A DNA stretch of 63,941 nt, the filler included, from Hyphochytrium catenoides (lineage: Eukaryota; Protista; Hyphochytriomycota): assembly GCA_900088475.1 (NCBI GenBank). It is 8 parts of 8 records of this genome, joined end to end, with 100 filler letters (N's around TTAATTAATTAA, not from the genome) between each part and the next. Parts side by side here need not be neighbours in the genome. Positions count along the whole stretch, not along the records: positions 20,539 to 34,281 come from FLMG01001184.1; positions 34,382 to 48,333 come from FLMG01000858.1; 6 more parts are not named here. One strand, written 5' to 3'. A program made the position numbers and the translations under genes. Shown one piece after another: positions 25,401-38,363 of the stretch. The stretch's first letter is position 1, and every line of letters starts with the position of its first letter. Below the pieces are notes generated by a model. That model ran no database searches. It was not told the origin of the DNA and saw only the letters and a list, made by a program, of their open reading frames with translations.

Positions 25401-26317
25401 CCCCTGCTGAGGTCCCAACTATTAAGAAGATCCAGAACCAGATCTTCGGGGAATTATGGGAAGATAGGAAAGAGCGTCTGCGAACTGTATCTCCCTACGG
25501 CAGCCTTCAAGGTTGGAATCTTCTTGCTCTTATTGCTAAGAGTCACGATGATCTCCGACAAGAGATGTTCGTCATGCAGCTAATTACGTACTTTAGAGAC
25601 ATCTTCAAGGCAGAAGGTCTGCCACTTTACCTCCATCCATACAAAATCATCTCCACTGGAGCGAAGACTGGTCTCATCGAGTACTTGAAGAACGCGAAAT
25701 CCTTGGACTCTTTAAAGAAGTCCAAAGACTTCCGCAGCCTACGACATCTCTTCGAGCAGCTATATGGTGGACCAGAGTCAGAGAGCTTCAAAACAGCGCA
25801 GAGAAACTTTACGAACTCCCTTGCCGCATACTCTCTCATGTGCTATATCCTAGCCATAAAGGATAGGCACAACGGAAACATCATGTTAGATGTCGACGGC
25901 TACCTAATACACATCGATTATGGCTTTCTCCTTGGAAAAGCTCCAGGAGGGAACTTCTCCTTTGAGACTGCGCCGTTCAAGCTGACTCTTGAGATGGTAG
26001 CTGTAATGGGAGGGAAAGAGAGTGAGGAATTTAAGCGCTTCCGCTCGCTATGTGTCCAGGGCATGCTGGTAGCGAAGAAGAATGCAAGTGAACTACTGAA
26101 GCTAGTGGAGATCATGAGCTTCAAGAGCTCTTTCCTCTGTTTCCAGAACAAGGAGCAGTCTCAATCTTTGTCTGGTCTGCGAGATCGACTCCTTGTGACT
26201 GTTCCGGACAACCAGGTTCCTGCAGTTGTGACCGGGCTAATTGACCGATCTTACAATCACTCTGGAACATCCCAGTATGACCAATATCAGCAGATGGCAA
26301 ATGGCATAAGACGATGA
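22437..26317 (+). CDS. PI4KB: Phosphatidylinositol 4-kinase (type III beta-like) with an internal PH domain
   Basis: Helical-domain motif VEFYLPQL..SVHFALQFFW; PH domain QGWLYKKGG..SWNQRW..DMTRWVEAI; kinase motifs AKSHDDLRQE, LAIKDRHNGNIM, IHIDYGFLL and FETAPFKLT. Approximate exons: 22511-23231, 23561-24360, 24643-24799, 24958-26317. The true start codon is uncertain. Confidence 0.93.
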
Positions 26318-26779
26318 GAACTACATGGCTCACGCTGGTCGGATCCATTCATTCACTTTTCACTGCAGCTACGGAACAGAGGTTGTTCCCGAGAGGACGG
26401 AAGACCTTGGACCTGCCGCGAGTTGATCCAGTGTCCCAGAGTGATAGCAGAGTCTTGGGCGAGCCAAGTCCAAACATGCGAGAAGCTAACATGCCAGTGC
26501 ATTTGGCGCTCTCCGTCCAGGCTTTGTCTTCATTCCCTGTCTCTGCAGGCAATAATAAGCGATAATAATCATCACCTTCAAACTAGCAAAGGAGAGTTAT
26601 GCTGTTGGTCTCCTTTCTGTCGTCCAGCTGGTCAGATTTACTTCTCTTCATCTTGCATTCTAACGGGCATTTGTCGTTGTTGGGTCCAAACTTGAGAAGG
26701 CCCCTCCGTATCTAGCTCTCGACAAGCATTGTTCCACACTTGTCTCAGGGACTTTCTAAGCGATATCCTCAACCACTGA

Positions 26780-27810
26780 CTACTCTAAATCAATGACGAT
26801 AGGTTGATCTCTTGAGGTGATTGGAAGGGAAAACGACGGAGGCAACTTTTTCGCACGCTCTAACCAGTCCGAGACAACCTCAGCGTACCAAAGACTCTCA
26901 TAATCAGGCCCACTCAGCTTCTCCAACGTAGAAGGAGCTGCCGGAGAAGTTGTGAAAGAAGTGGTAGGACCCTTGCCATCATGGAGGACGGTAAAGACGT
27001 GAGAGATAAGAACAGGCTGGCCTGAGGGATCCTCCTTCCGCCGGACTAATGGTCCAATAACCATCACATACATTCCTGGAAACAGGAGGTTACTCGAGTC
27101 TGTAACAAATGAAGAGACCAAGCAGATAGGAAGACCAGTCGCTTTGGACGTTAAAATGTCAAAGTAGACAATGCTCTAGCATGGGTTAGAGCTTCGAAAT
27201 AGTGATAAGTAAGGGCTCATAGGAAGACCAGGACAACGTTAGAGGATTTGGAGAAGGGTTCAGTCTGACCCTTCGCTAGAAAAAGTTTGGTTGCGAGATG
27301 ATTCAACTTGATTGCGACTCGCAGTCGTCCTGTACCGTCATCCAAGGACAGCTCACCATCAGGATACACGCTATCAATAATTCCCTACGGCAATAGTATC
27401 GGAGGCTGAGAGACACAGGATGCTATTTGGATGAACAAATCCGGCGCAAGACGAACATAGAGCTAAGTGAAGGGCATGTTGAGAGTGTTTGAAAGGTGAG
27501 CCTATTGCCAGTGAGATGGAGAAAGGATGAGATGTTAGCCGCTAGACTAGGGGAACGAACGGGAGAGATCGGGAAGGAGGAGGCGGTAGCAGTGTGAGCC
27601 CAGGAACCAAAGTATTTAGCACACCTGTACCCACGCTTTTGGCGCGAAAACATCAGCATGCAGTCTAATCTTCAGTGACAGATATGACTCGTGCTGCGCT
27701 TCAGATGCTTCCTCTACCTGTAGTTGTCCTATAAAGACTCGGACTGCCACTGTCCTGGATACCGGAGACTCGAGTACGGCTCCATCCTTGTTCACTTGAG
27801 TCGAGGTCAT
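26780..27810 (-). CDS. RMI2: RecQ-mediated genome instability protein 2 (OB fold), 3 exons
   Basis: Spliced AVRVFIGQL..AWVQ|GIIDSV..LSLDDGTG..|GMYVMVIG..YESLWYAEV parallels the RMI2 motifs VWMQG, LxDxSG, GKYVMVMG and ESMWxLEV. Confidence 0.85.
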
Positions 27811-28564
27811 AGTGTAACTATGTCAAGATGTCCGGCGAGAGCCCTTTTCCCAACAGAACAGCTCTTAGTTTGAGGATCTTGGTGAAGATGCTTCAGCTTG
27901 GAAGTCTGTCTGCTTTCGCCCCGGATCGGCAGGAGAACTAGAAAGTGTCTGTCAACCCGATCCTAATCTTCGAAGCGTTGTTAGTCAACCTTCGTAACCC
28001 GATGACGAGGAAGGACGCGAAGCTCAGCGATATCGCAAAACTCTAGGAAAGATAAACTAGAAAGTAGAGGATATGTAATAGCGGGTCCATTAGGACTTCT
28101 ACTTTACGCGATTATTTTAATCGTGAAAATGGTCTGAAATCTCCGCCAGCGAGAATAATTTTGAAGACTCTGAAATTCGCGCCAGCCAAAACTGAATCAC
28201 AGAATGCCTAGCCACGGATTATCACATGGGAGCAGTTTTACTCATTTCCTGCTATTATCCATAGCGCAGTCCTACGCAGATTGATCTTTCCTCAATATTG
28301 TCAGTAGTGATTATCAGCTGTCTGATTCTCAATGCGCATTGAGCTTCTGATATCAGCGGGACATCACTGCTTCCAACGATCTCTGCGAGCTTTAGTTCTT
28401 GTTATTAGGTCTTCTTCTGGCTGACTGGAGGCAATGATCTGTGCTCGTCTGGCTCTTCAGGTCCTTCAAAGCATTGACAACGCTTCCTCTTCTTCTACTC
28501 CTCGTTGTTCCTATCTACAGTCATCTTGCATTTATCCACCCACGATCGAAGGTTGTTGCCGTAG

Positions 28565-31500
28565 ATGAATGACCACGATGCGGCCGCAACGAAGGTTATC
28601 ATCCGTCCAGATGGCGAGCGCGCTGTGATTGCCATACGAAAGTGTAAGGCCGGCGAACAGGTAAATTGGCCTTGTTTCCCGGTTCTGGGTTATCTCTGAC
28701 CATTGTCTGCTCTGAGTCATTCCTGCTGTTTCCCATTCACTCTCTCTCTCTCTCTTTTGATCCCAAAAGTCCTCTATCTTACGACGTTCTGCCTCTCTGA
28801 CTGTCTTTCTACTAACGTCGGGCCCCATTCTCCCGTCTTTGACTTGATGTAGCTATTGACGGTTGATCCCACGGCAGCACTCTTGCATCCCTCACTCTGG
28901 GATCAGCTCTGTGCTTCATGTTATCAGCCTCCAGGAGATAAGCATGAGGGCAGTCTCAAGCGCTGCAGTCGCTGTCGCTGTGTCTTTTACTGCTCTGCCT
29001 CCTGTCAGAAGAGAGACTGGGTGCAGTCTCACAAGCAGGAGTGCCGTCACCTGCCTTCCCTCGTTCAGAGCATCACACAGTGGGGAATCCAAGGCGGAGG
29101 GGTTCTCCTCTCCGATGGTTTACTGGCCTGTAGACTCTTACGCATGAAAGAGAAAGAAAAGAAAGAGAGTCTTGGATTAGCAGCGCAAGCCAGACTGATT
29201 CCGCGCTCAACTTTTGTGGAAGAGCAAGGAAACAAGAGAGAAGAAAAAGGTTCGGAAGAGGAGGCCTTTATTGTGCCACGTCAGGTGAAGAAAAGCACCT
29301 CTTGGGCGGATGTGGAAGCTTTGCATTGGCAAGAAAGCGACAGAACGAATAACTTTCCCATTTACCTTCGTCTCTTTTCTATCTTCAAGGACCATGGGCT
29401 CTTAGCGGGTGAGATCTCCTCTTGCCGTCCATCCCTTGACTCGTCTTCGTTTTATTGGTTCTTCTTCTATCGTTGAATGGCGACTCTCTTCTCACCGCAG
29501 TCACCTCTCTTATATTTATCGATGGTCTTTATCCCTCAGTGCTTCGCTCTTGGCCTGCATGTCTAGAAGCTTATGCCTGTTCCGGATTCACCTCTTCATG
29601 CTGTTGCTCTCAGGTCGTATCCCCCGTATCTCTCTATATCTTACCCTCTTCCTTTTCTTACACCGTACGGTACGCTCTCGAATCGGTTGGTACTGACTCC
29701 TGAAAAAGAGAGCTGCACAGCAGAGTGCTTTGCAGCACTAGTCAGTAGATTCCATTGCAACAACTTTGGACTGACTGATCTCACGTTGAAGAACATTGGA
29801 GCGGGAGTTTATCCGCTTGCCGCCATGCTCAATCACTCCTGTGCCAGCAACTGTTATATAACGTAACGAGCTCTCCTACACCTGACTGACTTCTCTCCTG
29901 CAGTCCTTGGGCGCTGTCCAATGATCTACAACTTTCGTTGCGTTCAAGCCAGGCTTTTATTCTTCACCTTGTAACGGCTACTCCCGTTTCGGAGGTCCGC
30001 TACCTCTTCTCATCCTTAAGAATTCGGACAAATGTACTTTCTGTGTAATGTTGCATGACCTATTCTGTGTAGCAACAGTATATGTCTGACACTGCTTCCT
30101 CAATATTTTCCAGCTTCCGCTATCCGGAAGCACGATTGATCATCACATGCGGTCGGGACATTGAGCCAGGAGAAGAGCTGACACACTCATATGGTTCGTT
30201 TGCTCCGTCAACACCCTCCTCTTTGCGCTCCTGCACAATATCTTTCCCTTCTTCTTTAAAAACATACCTATCAGCTAACGGGAAAGCTCAGCCGGTGCTT
30301 CACTTTGTCCCTCCTTCATTGCGTCTTTTCTTTTATCTTCTGCGTATTATCAAACCATCCTTTATGGCTAAGCTCGCTCTATAGTGGATGTAGCAGCAAC
30401 GAGGGAACGGAGACGAGAAAGCTTGCAGCAGGACTATGGGTTTACGTGCCAGTGCACCCGATGTGAAAGACACGGGGAGATCGAGGGACAAGGGGAAGGC
30501 AGCGATGTAAGGGGTCGAGAAGCTGTGGAAAAGGGAGCTTACGATGATCTTTATGACTCTTGGGTTGACGGAAAGAGAATTGATCGCACTGATAGTAGCC
30601 CTGAGAACAAAGAGAAGCTCCAGAAGTTGGAGACCGCAGACAAACTTATGGTGGTAAGAAAGAACATGTTTAGCCTTTTCTTGTGCTGCCTCTGTTCACC
30701 TGCGCTTGCCTAGTGCTAAGCGTCAAACCCGAAAGTTGAGGCTACTTCTCGCTCCCGTGCGCTGCGCTTCACGTGCATAAAGGGTTTTTTCCCATCAGTC
30801 CTATTGATTGGCACTCTCCGACATGTCATGATCTCGTTTATGTAAAGGGCCTACTCCCATCTCACTTCTCTGTCAGAACACTATCGCCACTGTCAGCTTA
30901 GGCCCGTCACACCCTGCTTTTTATGCATTTGCACATCGATTACTGGTGGTCGGGTCAGCCCCATAAGTCCTCATTTCCTCTTTGTCATTGCCTTAGGCAG
31001 CGGTGGGAGAGGATGTCTTCGAAGAGGGCTACAAGAAACTCCGGACCGCACTTTCTATGCTTTCAGCCTCTCTTCACCCACTTCATCTGAAGCTCTTGGA
31101 GTGCCATAACAAGCTTCTCAGTCAGCTCATACTCATGCAGAACTGGGAAGGCGCGGCAAGAGCTTGCGGCGCGACAATCATGGTAAGGCATAAAGGCCCT
31201 CTGTGCCTTCATCACGCAGATGAAACGAAATAACGGTAGACTCGTGGTTACTTCTGAAATTTGCACCCTTCTTGCTTGCCCCTGCTATAGACGTAGACGA
31301 GGGATGACAGTCCCTGGACGGAGATGGGGAGGATCAGGCTAACTGGAGAGAAAAAGTAATTTTGAAAAAAGGTACTAATATCCTTCTCTGTACTACCGCT
31401 TCGCTCTTAGATGTACCAGTACATCTATCCGAGCCACCATCCCATGTTGGGCTTGCAGCACTACACCTTAGGAGATCTTTGGGCTCAACTAGGACGAGCA

Positions 31501-31608
31501 GAACAAGAGAAGAAGGAGCTGCAAAAAGCATACAACATCCTACTTCTGTCCTTTGGAAAAGATAGCGAGCTCACCACAAATCTTCGACTTCGTCTGGAGA
31601 ATACTTAG
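28565..31608 (+). CDS. SET and MYND domain lysine methyltransferase (SMYD-like), multi-exon
   Basis: Split SET domain (ERAVIAIRKCKAGE); MYND finger CASC..RCSRCRCVFYCSASCQKRDW..HKQEC; FHCNNF; GVYPLAAMLNHSC; GEELTHSY; post-SET YGFTCQCTRC; C-terminal YPSHHPMLG. Confidence 0.93.
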
Positions 31609-31722
31609 GTACGGAATATACATTTGATCTTAGTCATAAATAGCTCTGAACTTACTTCGTTGTCGACTCTTGCTCTGTCCCAGGTTCTCCTTGTGGAAAT
31701 TCTACTCTTTTTCTTTACTGAA

Positions 31723-32935
31723 CTAGGCTGCTAAGGACACTCCTCCATAAGCTGCCTGCAGCTCCGACAACACTCCCTCCATGTCTTGTACTTCGTGCTC
31801 TGGAACCTCTCTATCGTCTCTTTTCAATTCTTTATGAAGGAAGCCGAGCACTCTGGCGACGTTCTCCTTGTCGTCCGTGGTAAAGAAGTCCACTGCCAAT
31901 CGGAAGCGCTTTGACTTAGAGAGAAGGAGCAGCCCATGAAGAATATCCTGGATCTGAGAGCAAGTAATGGGCGCATCCTTTCCGGTTTGGTTTTGAACCG
32001 CTTTTTGATCTCCTTCCAGAGCTGCTAGGACCCGTAGAAGTTCGCTTAGAAAGTTGGGGTCAAGCTCTGAACAGACAAATCCGGCAATCGTCTCCAGCTT
32101 CACTATCTCTACGAGTCTATAAAGTAGACAGCCACAAGACGGAACAGTCAGCTTTGGAGAATATACAAAAAACGAACAATTGAGCAAGCCCTGGGGCTAA
32201 CAAGAGAGAGACCGGTGTGCTGCAGTGCGACAACAAGGGCAACACATCCTAACTCAAAAACGCTTAGGAAAAGATAATTGCTAGCCACCAAAGAACGTTT
32301 GCTGCTATGAGCACCTTAATCTCTGCTCTGGCTGGCGCTGAAGTTTTTTCCAGGCTTTCTCAAACTCAATTCTAGTCTTTGGAACTGTAAGCTCTTTCTG
32401 GTCGCTCTTTTCTCTCTGTCCTGCGCTGTCCTTTCGGTCTTTCAGCAATGCGTGAGTCAGCGACGAGGATGCGGAAGAAGATGAAAGACGGTTGTACCGC
32501 CGTTCTGTCTTCATCATGTCCCTAATGTCACTACTGGTGACAGGCTTCAACGTAGCGCAAGCCACCATATTCTGGCAGCCATTGCAGGAATAAAGAGACC
32601 CGTGTGTGAGGTGCAATGCGAAGAGGAGCACGACAAAAGGATAAGGCGGTGGTTTAGATAGAGACGTAATGGGAGCACGGGAGAAAGACTATCTGTGCTG
32701 CTGCTGAGAGGGCGAAAGAGGACGAAAGGAGCTTAAGGATAAGATTTGGCCAGTCAAAAGCCGTATAAGTGTAGATGGACCATTCTTTCTTCCTTCTTTT
32801 CACCTTGAATTCATCATAACTTCGCGCACTCTTGATAGCCCGCTTTTTCATAGCATCCGTAGCTTTATACTTGCGATCCTCCTCTAGAGAGGCAGTCAGC
32901 TCCCTTTCCAGCTTGCTAAAGTCCATTACGTCCAT
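31723..32935 (-). CDS. CCDC103: Dynein-arm attachment factor CCDC103/PR46b-like protein, 3 exons
   Basis: N-terminal DFSKLERELTASLEEDRKYKATDAMKKRAI..SYDEFK|NMVACATLKP (dynein-attachment domain), followed by RPAP3-C-like PKTRIEFEKAWK..LSKSKRFRLAVDF. Confidence 0.88.
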
Positions 32936-33880
32936 CTTTCGGTTCTCTCCTTGAAACAGTGTTCTCCGCGTAGTCAAAGTTACAAGTTGGGAGGTGGTAA
33001 TCAAAGAAAGAAGACGAAAAGATAAGAAACAGCGGTCGCGATGTTAACAAAGGGCAAAGACTATGCGTTCACGAGGTTCAGAGCTCTTGGTCAGTCGTCC
33101 TTTGGAGCTTTGAGAGAGGCAGATAGAGAAAGGGATGCCTGCAGAGCAGTTCATCAACAGAGCTCGAGGCAGAACCGACAACGGAAAGTGGAACGCTGCC
33201 TTGATGAGAAGATGTGGAAGGGAGGAAAGGGCAGGCAGAGTTCTCTGTCTCGCTCGTAGAGACTAATAAGCTATGGGAGAGTGATGCTAAGATGGGAAGA
33301 GGAAACAGAAGGCCAAAAAAATCGAAAGGTCACACCAGGTCACATCATAGGTCAGTATGGGGCACAGCTACCAAACTCAAAGGATCAGTACAAAGAATCA
33401 ATCGGTCCGATTATTTGTGGTTTAGGTTTTCCAGATTAGTTCTCTAGTTGAAGCGGCACAATGATCTGGCTGCGGCGATTTCTATTGCGCAGAGAAAGCT
33501 GCAGCAAAGATGCATCATCATGCGATGAAGCTCTACGATAGCGCGCCTCATGTCCGTCTCTTGTGTCTACATGCCTTAAGTGAGGGCTGAAGCTCCAGTC
33601 GACAGCTTCTCCCCCGTCCTAGATTCTATTTCAGCATATCTCTCCGCGGTAATAGAGGGAACCCTGGCAGTATTGGTCATGAGAAGACCCTGCGGAGACT
33701 CTGGTGTTGAACACCGGTAGCGCTTCTTCATAGACCTCCGAATCATAATCATTTGTCGACCAAGTATATCGGAGTCCTTGAAGCCATCACTTCTTACTGC
33801 TGCCGAAAGCGGCTTTCTTGAGATAACGGGCGAGAAATGGAGGCACTATAGGAGACAAGCCTTGACATATAAGAACGAGG

Positions 33881-34208
33881 ATGGGGACTACCTTCTCAGG
33901 CCCTAAGCGTTGCGCCGCTGAAGCCATATCCAGTCTCATCGACTGTAAGCGTATCGTCCACTTACATCTCATCCATTCGATGTCTTCCCAATTTCTGTGA
34001 ACTCTCTTCTCTGCTAATTCGCTTTACTTGGCATTCGGCTTGACCCTTCTCCTGCTCCGTTATGTCATAGATTCAGAGGAGAAGTTAAGAGTCTTACGCC
34101 AGGAGTTTCGGAACTGCGCCGGTCGGGACCTACCGCGTTCTCAAGCTGAGCTCATCAGCAGACCAGACTTTGAAGCCGCCCTGAGAATATCAAAGATATC
34201 GCCATCAG
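33881..34208 (+). CDS. 5' fragment of an N-myristoylated, probably EF-hand (calcineurin B/NCS-like) protein; cut by contig end
   Basis: Exon 1 MGTTFSGPK..SSLID (MGxxxS motif), a GT-AG intron, then exon 2 YSEEKLRVLRQEF..ELISRPDFEAAL, resembling a degenerate first EF-hand. The family call is an inference. Confidence 0.5.
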
Positions 34209-34281
34209 GTCTCAGGCTCACAGCGCTGTTCTCGGGTCCCCTACCACCATACGCCTAGTAGTCGCTCTTCCTCCTTGTTTC

Positions 34282-34381
34282 NNNNNNNNNNNNNNNNNNN
34301 NNNNNNNNNNNNNNNNNNNNNNNNNTTAATTAATTAANNNNNNNNNNNNNNNNNNNNNNNNNNNNNNNNNNNNNNNNNNNN
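34282..34381. other. Artificial contig-joining spacer
   Basis: 44 N + TTAATTAATTAA + 44 N. Confidence 0.97.
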
Positions 34382-34665
34382 AAAGTGACAGGATATCGGA
34401 GTATGGATGCGAACGAAACTGCCCTGGTCAGAGCGCCGAACGGCTTATAATTACTTGACAGGCCCGAGGCCCAGGGAGGAGCGGGAGAGGAAGAGCAGGA
34501 CCGCAGGGACATCGGCGGCAGCAGGTCAGGGCGGGAGGCTGAGCGCTGTCTGAGCGCTGTCTGCTCAGCATTATGTTGGCCTGCGCTGCCCCAGCGCTGA
34601 TGTCATCGCTGGCAATGGCACCGTAGAGCAGCTGATTTTTGTTGGTACTCGCGCACCCGTGAGCC

Positions 34666-36917
34666 ATGGCGGCCCTGGAGGCCCTGCAGGAGCTGGAGGA
34701 GAATCAGCCCTCGCCGGCTAATTCCACAGGCTCTTCTACCTCTACGGCCTCGGTGACGCCACTGGCCTCACCCGCCCAAGTCGTCGGGACCGATGATGAA
34801 GCTTCTGATGACGGCTATCAGTGGCACGGCTTGCGACAGCCAGGTTCCGTTTTGCAGGGGCGGTTGGGCTCCTGGCACAAATCTGTGAGCCCACTGATTC
34901 CCCAGGCAGATCCAGCCGAAGGAGAGGAGGTGCAGCACCATTTCTTTCTCTCCAATCAAACCTCCGTCCCTCAAAGGCGGCTGGACGCTATTAGAGTCTC
35001 TAAGTACGCAGCTTTCCTAGAGAAGAGTCAGGAGTCTCGACCAGCGGAACTCTCGGAATCGACTACTTCAGAATTCCCGCGTAATGTCTCTCCAGGAGCA
35101 GGAGTTAAGGTGAGAGACAGAGAAGGTCCCCGCTAGACATGCCATTCTCACCCCGGCTTTCAGAGAGATATCATATTCCACGATTTCCAGAGTTTTATTG
35201 GCGAGTCAGCCGTGGAAAAGGGAAGCGACGATGATGAGAATGCAGAATCTCCAGCTCTTCTCTTTGCAGAGGGCGGCCGCTGGCGGCAGAAAGGAGCTGT
35301 GGGTCTGCTAAATAGCGGGAATAACTGGTGAGAGCTTGATTAGTGGGCTTTCGAGAGAGAGCAGGAAGGAAAGTAGACTGGAAGTTTGAAGGCTAAGTTA
35401 GATTCCGCCTGCAGCTTCATCAACACCTGCATTCAGTGCCTTAGCCACCTGCCCCCATTGGTCAAGCTGTTCCTCCAGAACTACGAAGTGAATGCCAACA
35501 GTCCCACCAGAGGCGAACTAGCCAGGTAAGGAGCATGCCAGCTTCTGATACTACGATCCCCCACTCAATCGCTGCCCTTTAGCGCTTTTGGCCACATCAT
35601 CCGCCAGATGTGGTCCAGTCAGATGGAGGGATCTGAGGTCCTCTGCCCGTCAGCGATAAAGGAAGTGGTAGGCTTGTACGCCCCCGGCTTTCTAGACGAT
35701 GAGGAACACGATGCCCAGGAGTTTCTGAGATTCCTTTTGGATGGGCTGCACGAGGACATGAAGACCGATACTGACCTTCCCGTGCCAGTCGGTGACGATG
35801 ATAAGAGTCGGACAGAGGAGGACAAGGCGCTCCTGACCTGGAAAGCTTATTCTGGTGAGTGTGTGCGGCGTTGAACAACAGCCAAGATGTCTCTGTTCTC
35901 CTCCTTACCTGTCAGTTGTCTGCCTTCGTTGTAGCCAAGAATGAGAGCGCCATCAAGGAGACTTTCTGCGGGCAGCTTCAGTCGGCAGTCACCTGCACAG
36001 TCTGCGGGCACAGGTCCACCTGCTACGATATATTCTGGGATCTGTCGGTAAGTGGCCGTGGACTTCGAATCGTGGCCCTAGTAATGGGCGCACTCGGACA
36101 GTGCGAGTTTCTTAGCGGAATACAAGCGATCTGATACCTCTCCCAGCTTCCGTTGCCACAATCGCCGGGCAAGGGAATCACGTCCCGCCTCTTGGGCGGT
36201 AGATCATCAAAGCGCAAGCTGGAGGACTGTCTGCAGGGCTTCACAGCCGAGGAAGTGCTGTCGGGAGCCGATAGCGTGTATTGCCCGAGGTGCGAGCACC
36301 GAAGCAATGCATCGAAGAAGATTTCTATATACCGCCCACCACAGGTAACTTCAATACTGGCAAATCTGTTTTGGTCCCCTCACCGTGCATGGGCGGCAAG
36401 CATGGTACTCACATTAGAACAGACCCTCGTTATACAGCTGAAGCGCTTCTCCCATGAAGGCACCAAGGGCCGCAAGCTACGGTCCGCTGTCGACTTCCCT
36501 ATCAGAGGTCTAGATCTAGGCCAATACTGCAGCACTAAAGGTACTTTCTCTAATTGTATTCCTCTCTCTCCGTTCGTTGACCGACCGTTGTTTCCTCAGA
36601 GACCGGCCTGACGTACGACTTGACCGCGATCTGCCATCACCTCGGAGGGCTGCACACCGGACACTACTTCGCGTGAGTGTGGGATCGTGCTTCTCGCCCT
36701 ATCCCTCCTCTTCCGCAATCTTACGCATAACTATTACTTTCTCTGCCTCCGCTACCTGCCCCGACCGCTTATCTGCAGTACCGCGCTTCAACACGAAAGC
36801 CAAAAGTGGTTCACCTTCAATGACAGTTCAGTTTGCTCGATGTCGGAGCAAGAGATAGACAAAAAATCAGCATATATTCTATTCTACAAGCGGCGTAGCG
36901 ACAGGAAGGAATGGTGA
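34666..36917 (+). CDS. Ubiquitin-specific protease (peptidase C19, USP2/8/21-like), multi-exon
   Basis: Cys box GLLNSGNNC|FINTCIQCLSH; EHDAQEFLRFLLDGLHED; FCGQLQSAVTC; LVIQLKRF; His box HLGGLHTGHYFA; WFTFNDS..AYILFY. Confidence 0.93.
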
Positions 36918-37065
36918 AGCATAATTGTGGTACATTGTGTTAGTGCATAGCCTGGGGCTGGAGTGGGCCGCAGTTATCATTAGACGATTGATAGCAGCGG
37001 ATTTCCACTCGAAGAGCAGGAAGCGTGTCAGCGTGAAGCTGGGAAGAGAAAGTGAGAGAGATCAA

Positions 37066-38363
37066 CTAAGATGGGATCGCACGCACAAAGTGCACTCCTA
37101 TGAGCTTGTTCATTTGGAACATGTCAACACGCTCCTGACCTAGCAGCGACTCTAGCGCTGGGTCGCATATAATCTCTTTCTTATTTTCAGGATTCTGGAG
37201 ATTGTGCGACTTGATGTACTGCCAGAGCCGTTTCACAACCTGCAGGGGCAGAATCAGAGGGCAGTCTGGTAGAGTCAACTTTGCTCGGGGGCTTTACCTC
37301 GGACCGTGCTATCTCCTTCAGACCTCCCAGGAATCGTGAGAGCTCTTCTGAAATGGGGCTTGGGGTCTGAAGACCACCTTTGCTCTCCCCCGTTTTACCT
37401 TGTGACTTGGACTTCGGTTGCCAGCCCGGCCTATTCATAAGCGTTGAGATTTAGATTTCAGACGCACAAATGCGCCAGTTACATATACGCCAGCCACGTA
37501 CGGTTTCAAAAAGTGCTTGCTGATCAACTTATTCATCTCAAACATTGTCACCATTGGCTTTTCGAAAAGACGTTGAAGCCTCGCATCGCACGCAATCTCT
37601 CTTCTATGCTCTGGGTTCTGCAGGTTGTGCTGCTTGATATAGACCCATAAGGCTTTCACCACCTTTTTGAGCAACGGAGTCAGCTAGTTCGTGAGCAGGA
37701 GACCGCAAAGTACACTACACCTACGTCTGAGCGTGCTATATGTGTTTGTCCACCGAGAAAGTCTGCAAGCTCTGCACTGACAGGTTGGGGAGTGCTCAAG
37801 CCTCCATTGAGCGAAGGGTCACGGGGTACCTTCTTCTTTAACTTCCCCTTACCCTTTTTCCCAGGACTTGCCTTCTTTCCCTTAGCAGCCTTCCCCTTTG
37901 CCTTTGAGGGCGTATTCTTGCCGCCTACTTTAGCTTAGGTGTAACTCGACATTGCTGATATGGCTCTTCAAACAATCTTGCTCTTACCTTTGGCGGCACT
38001 CTTTGCCTTTGACTTTGTAGATGTCTTGGCCTTCTTAGCAGGAGATTTGCTTTCAGAGGATGCTTTTCTCTTTTTCGTGACCGGCTCGGCTTCCTCTTCG
38101 ATTTCTGACTCCGGGGCAAAATCCGAAAAGTTTGGTTGGTCCTCGTCGTGGTCTTCCATAATGTCCTCTTGGTGCATCTGAGTTTGCTCCTGAAGAATGC
38201 TCTGTACTTCTTGTTTCAAAAAGTCCTTCTTGTACGCGAGTGACACATTAAACTGGTCCTCCAACATCTTTCGGACGCCTTTGACGGTAAGACTATCAAG
38301 ATTTGCATCCCTTAAGATGAGCCTGATGGCTGTGGTTATCTCGCCATCCGTGGGCAAGCTCAT
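37066..38363 (-). CDS. DEK-C plus two SWIB/MDM2 domain protein (UAF30/Spp27-like)
   Basis: DEK-C domain PTDGEITTAIRLILRDANLDSLTVKGVRKMLE; two SWIB domains, VVKALWVYIKQHNLQNP..MFEMNKLISKH and VVKRLWQYIKSHNLQNP..MFQMNKLIGVH. Confidence 0.92.
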
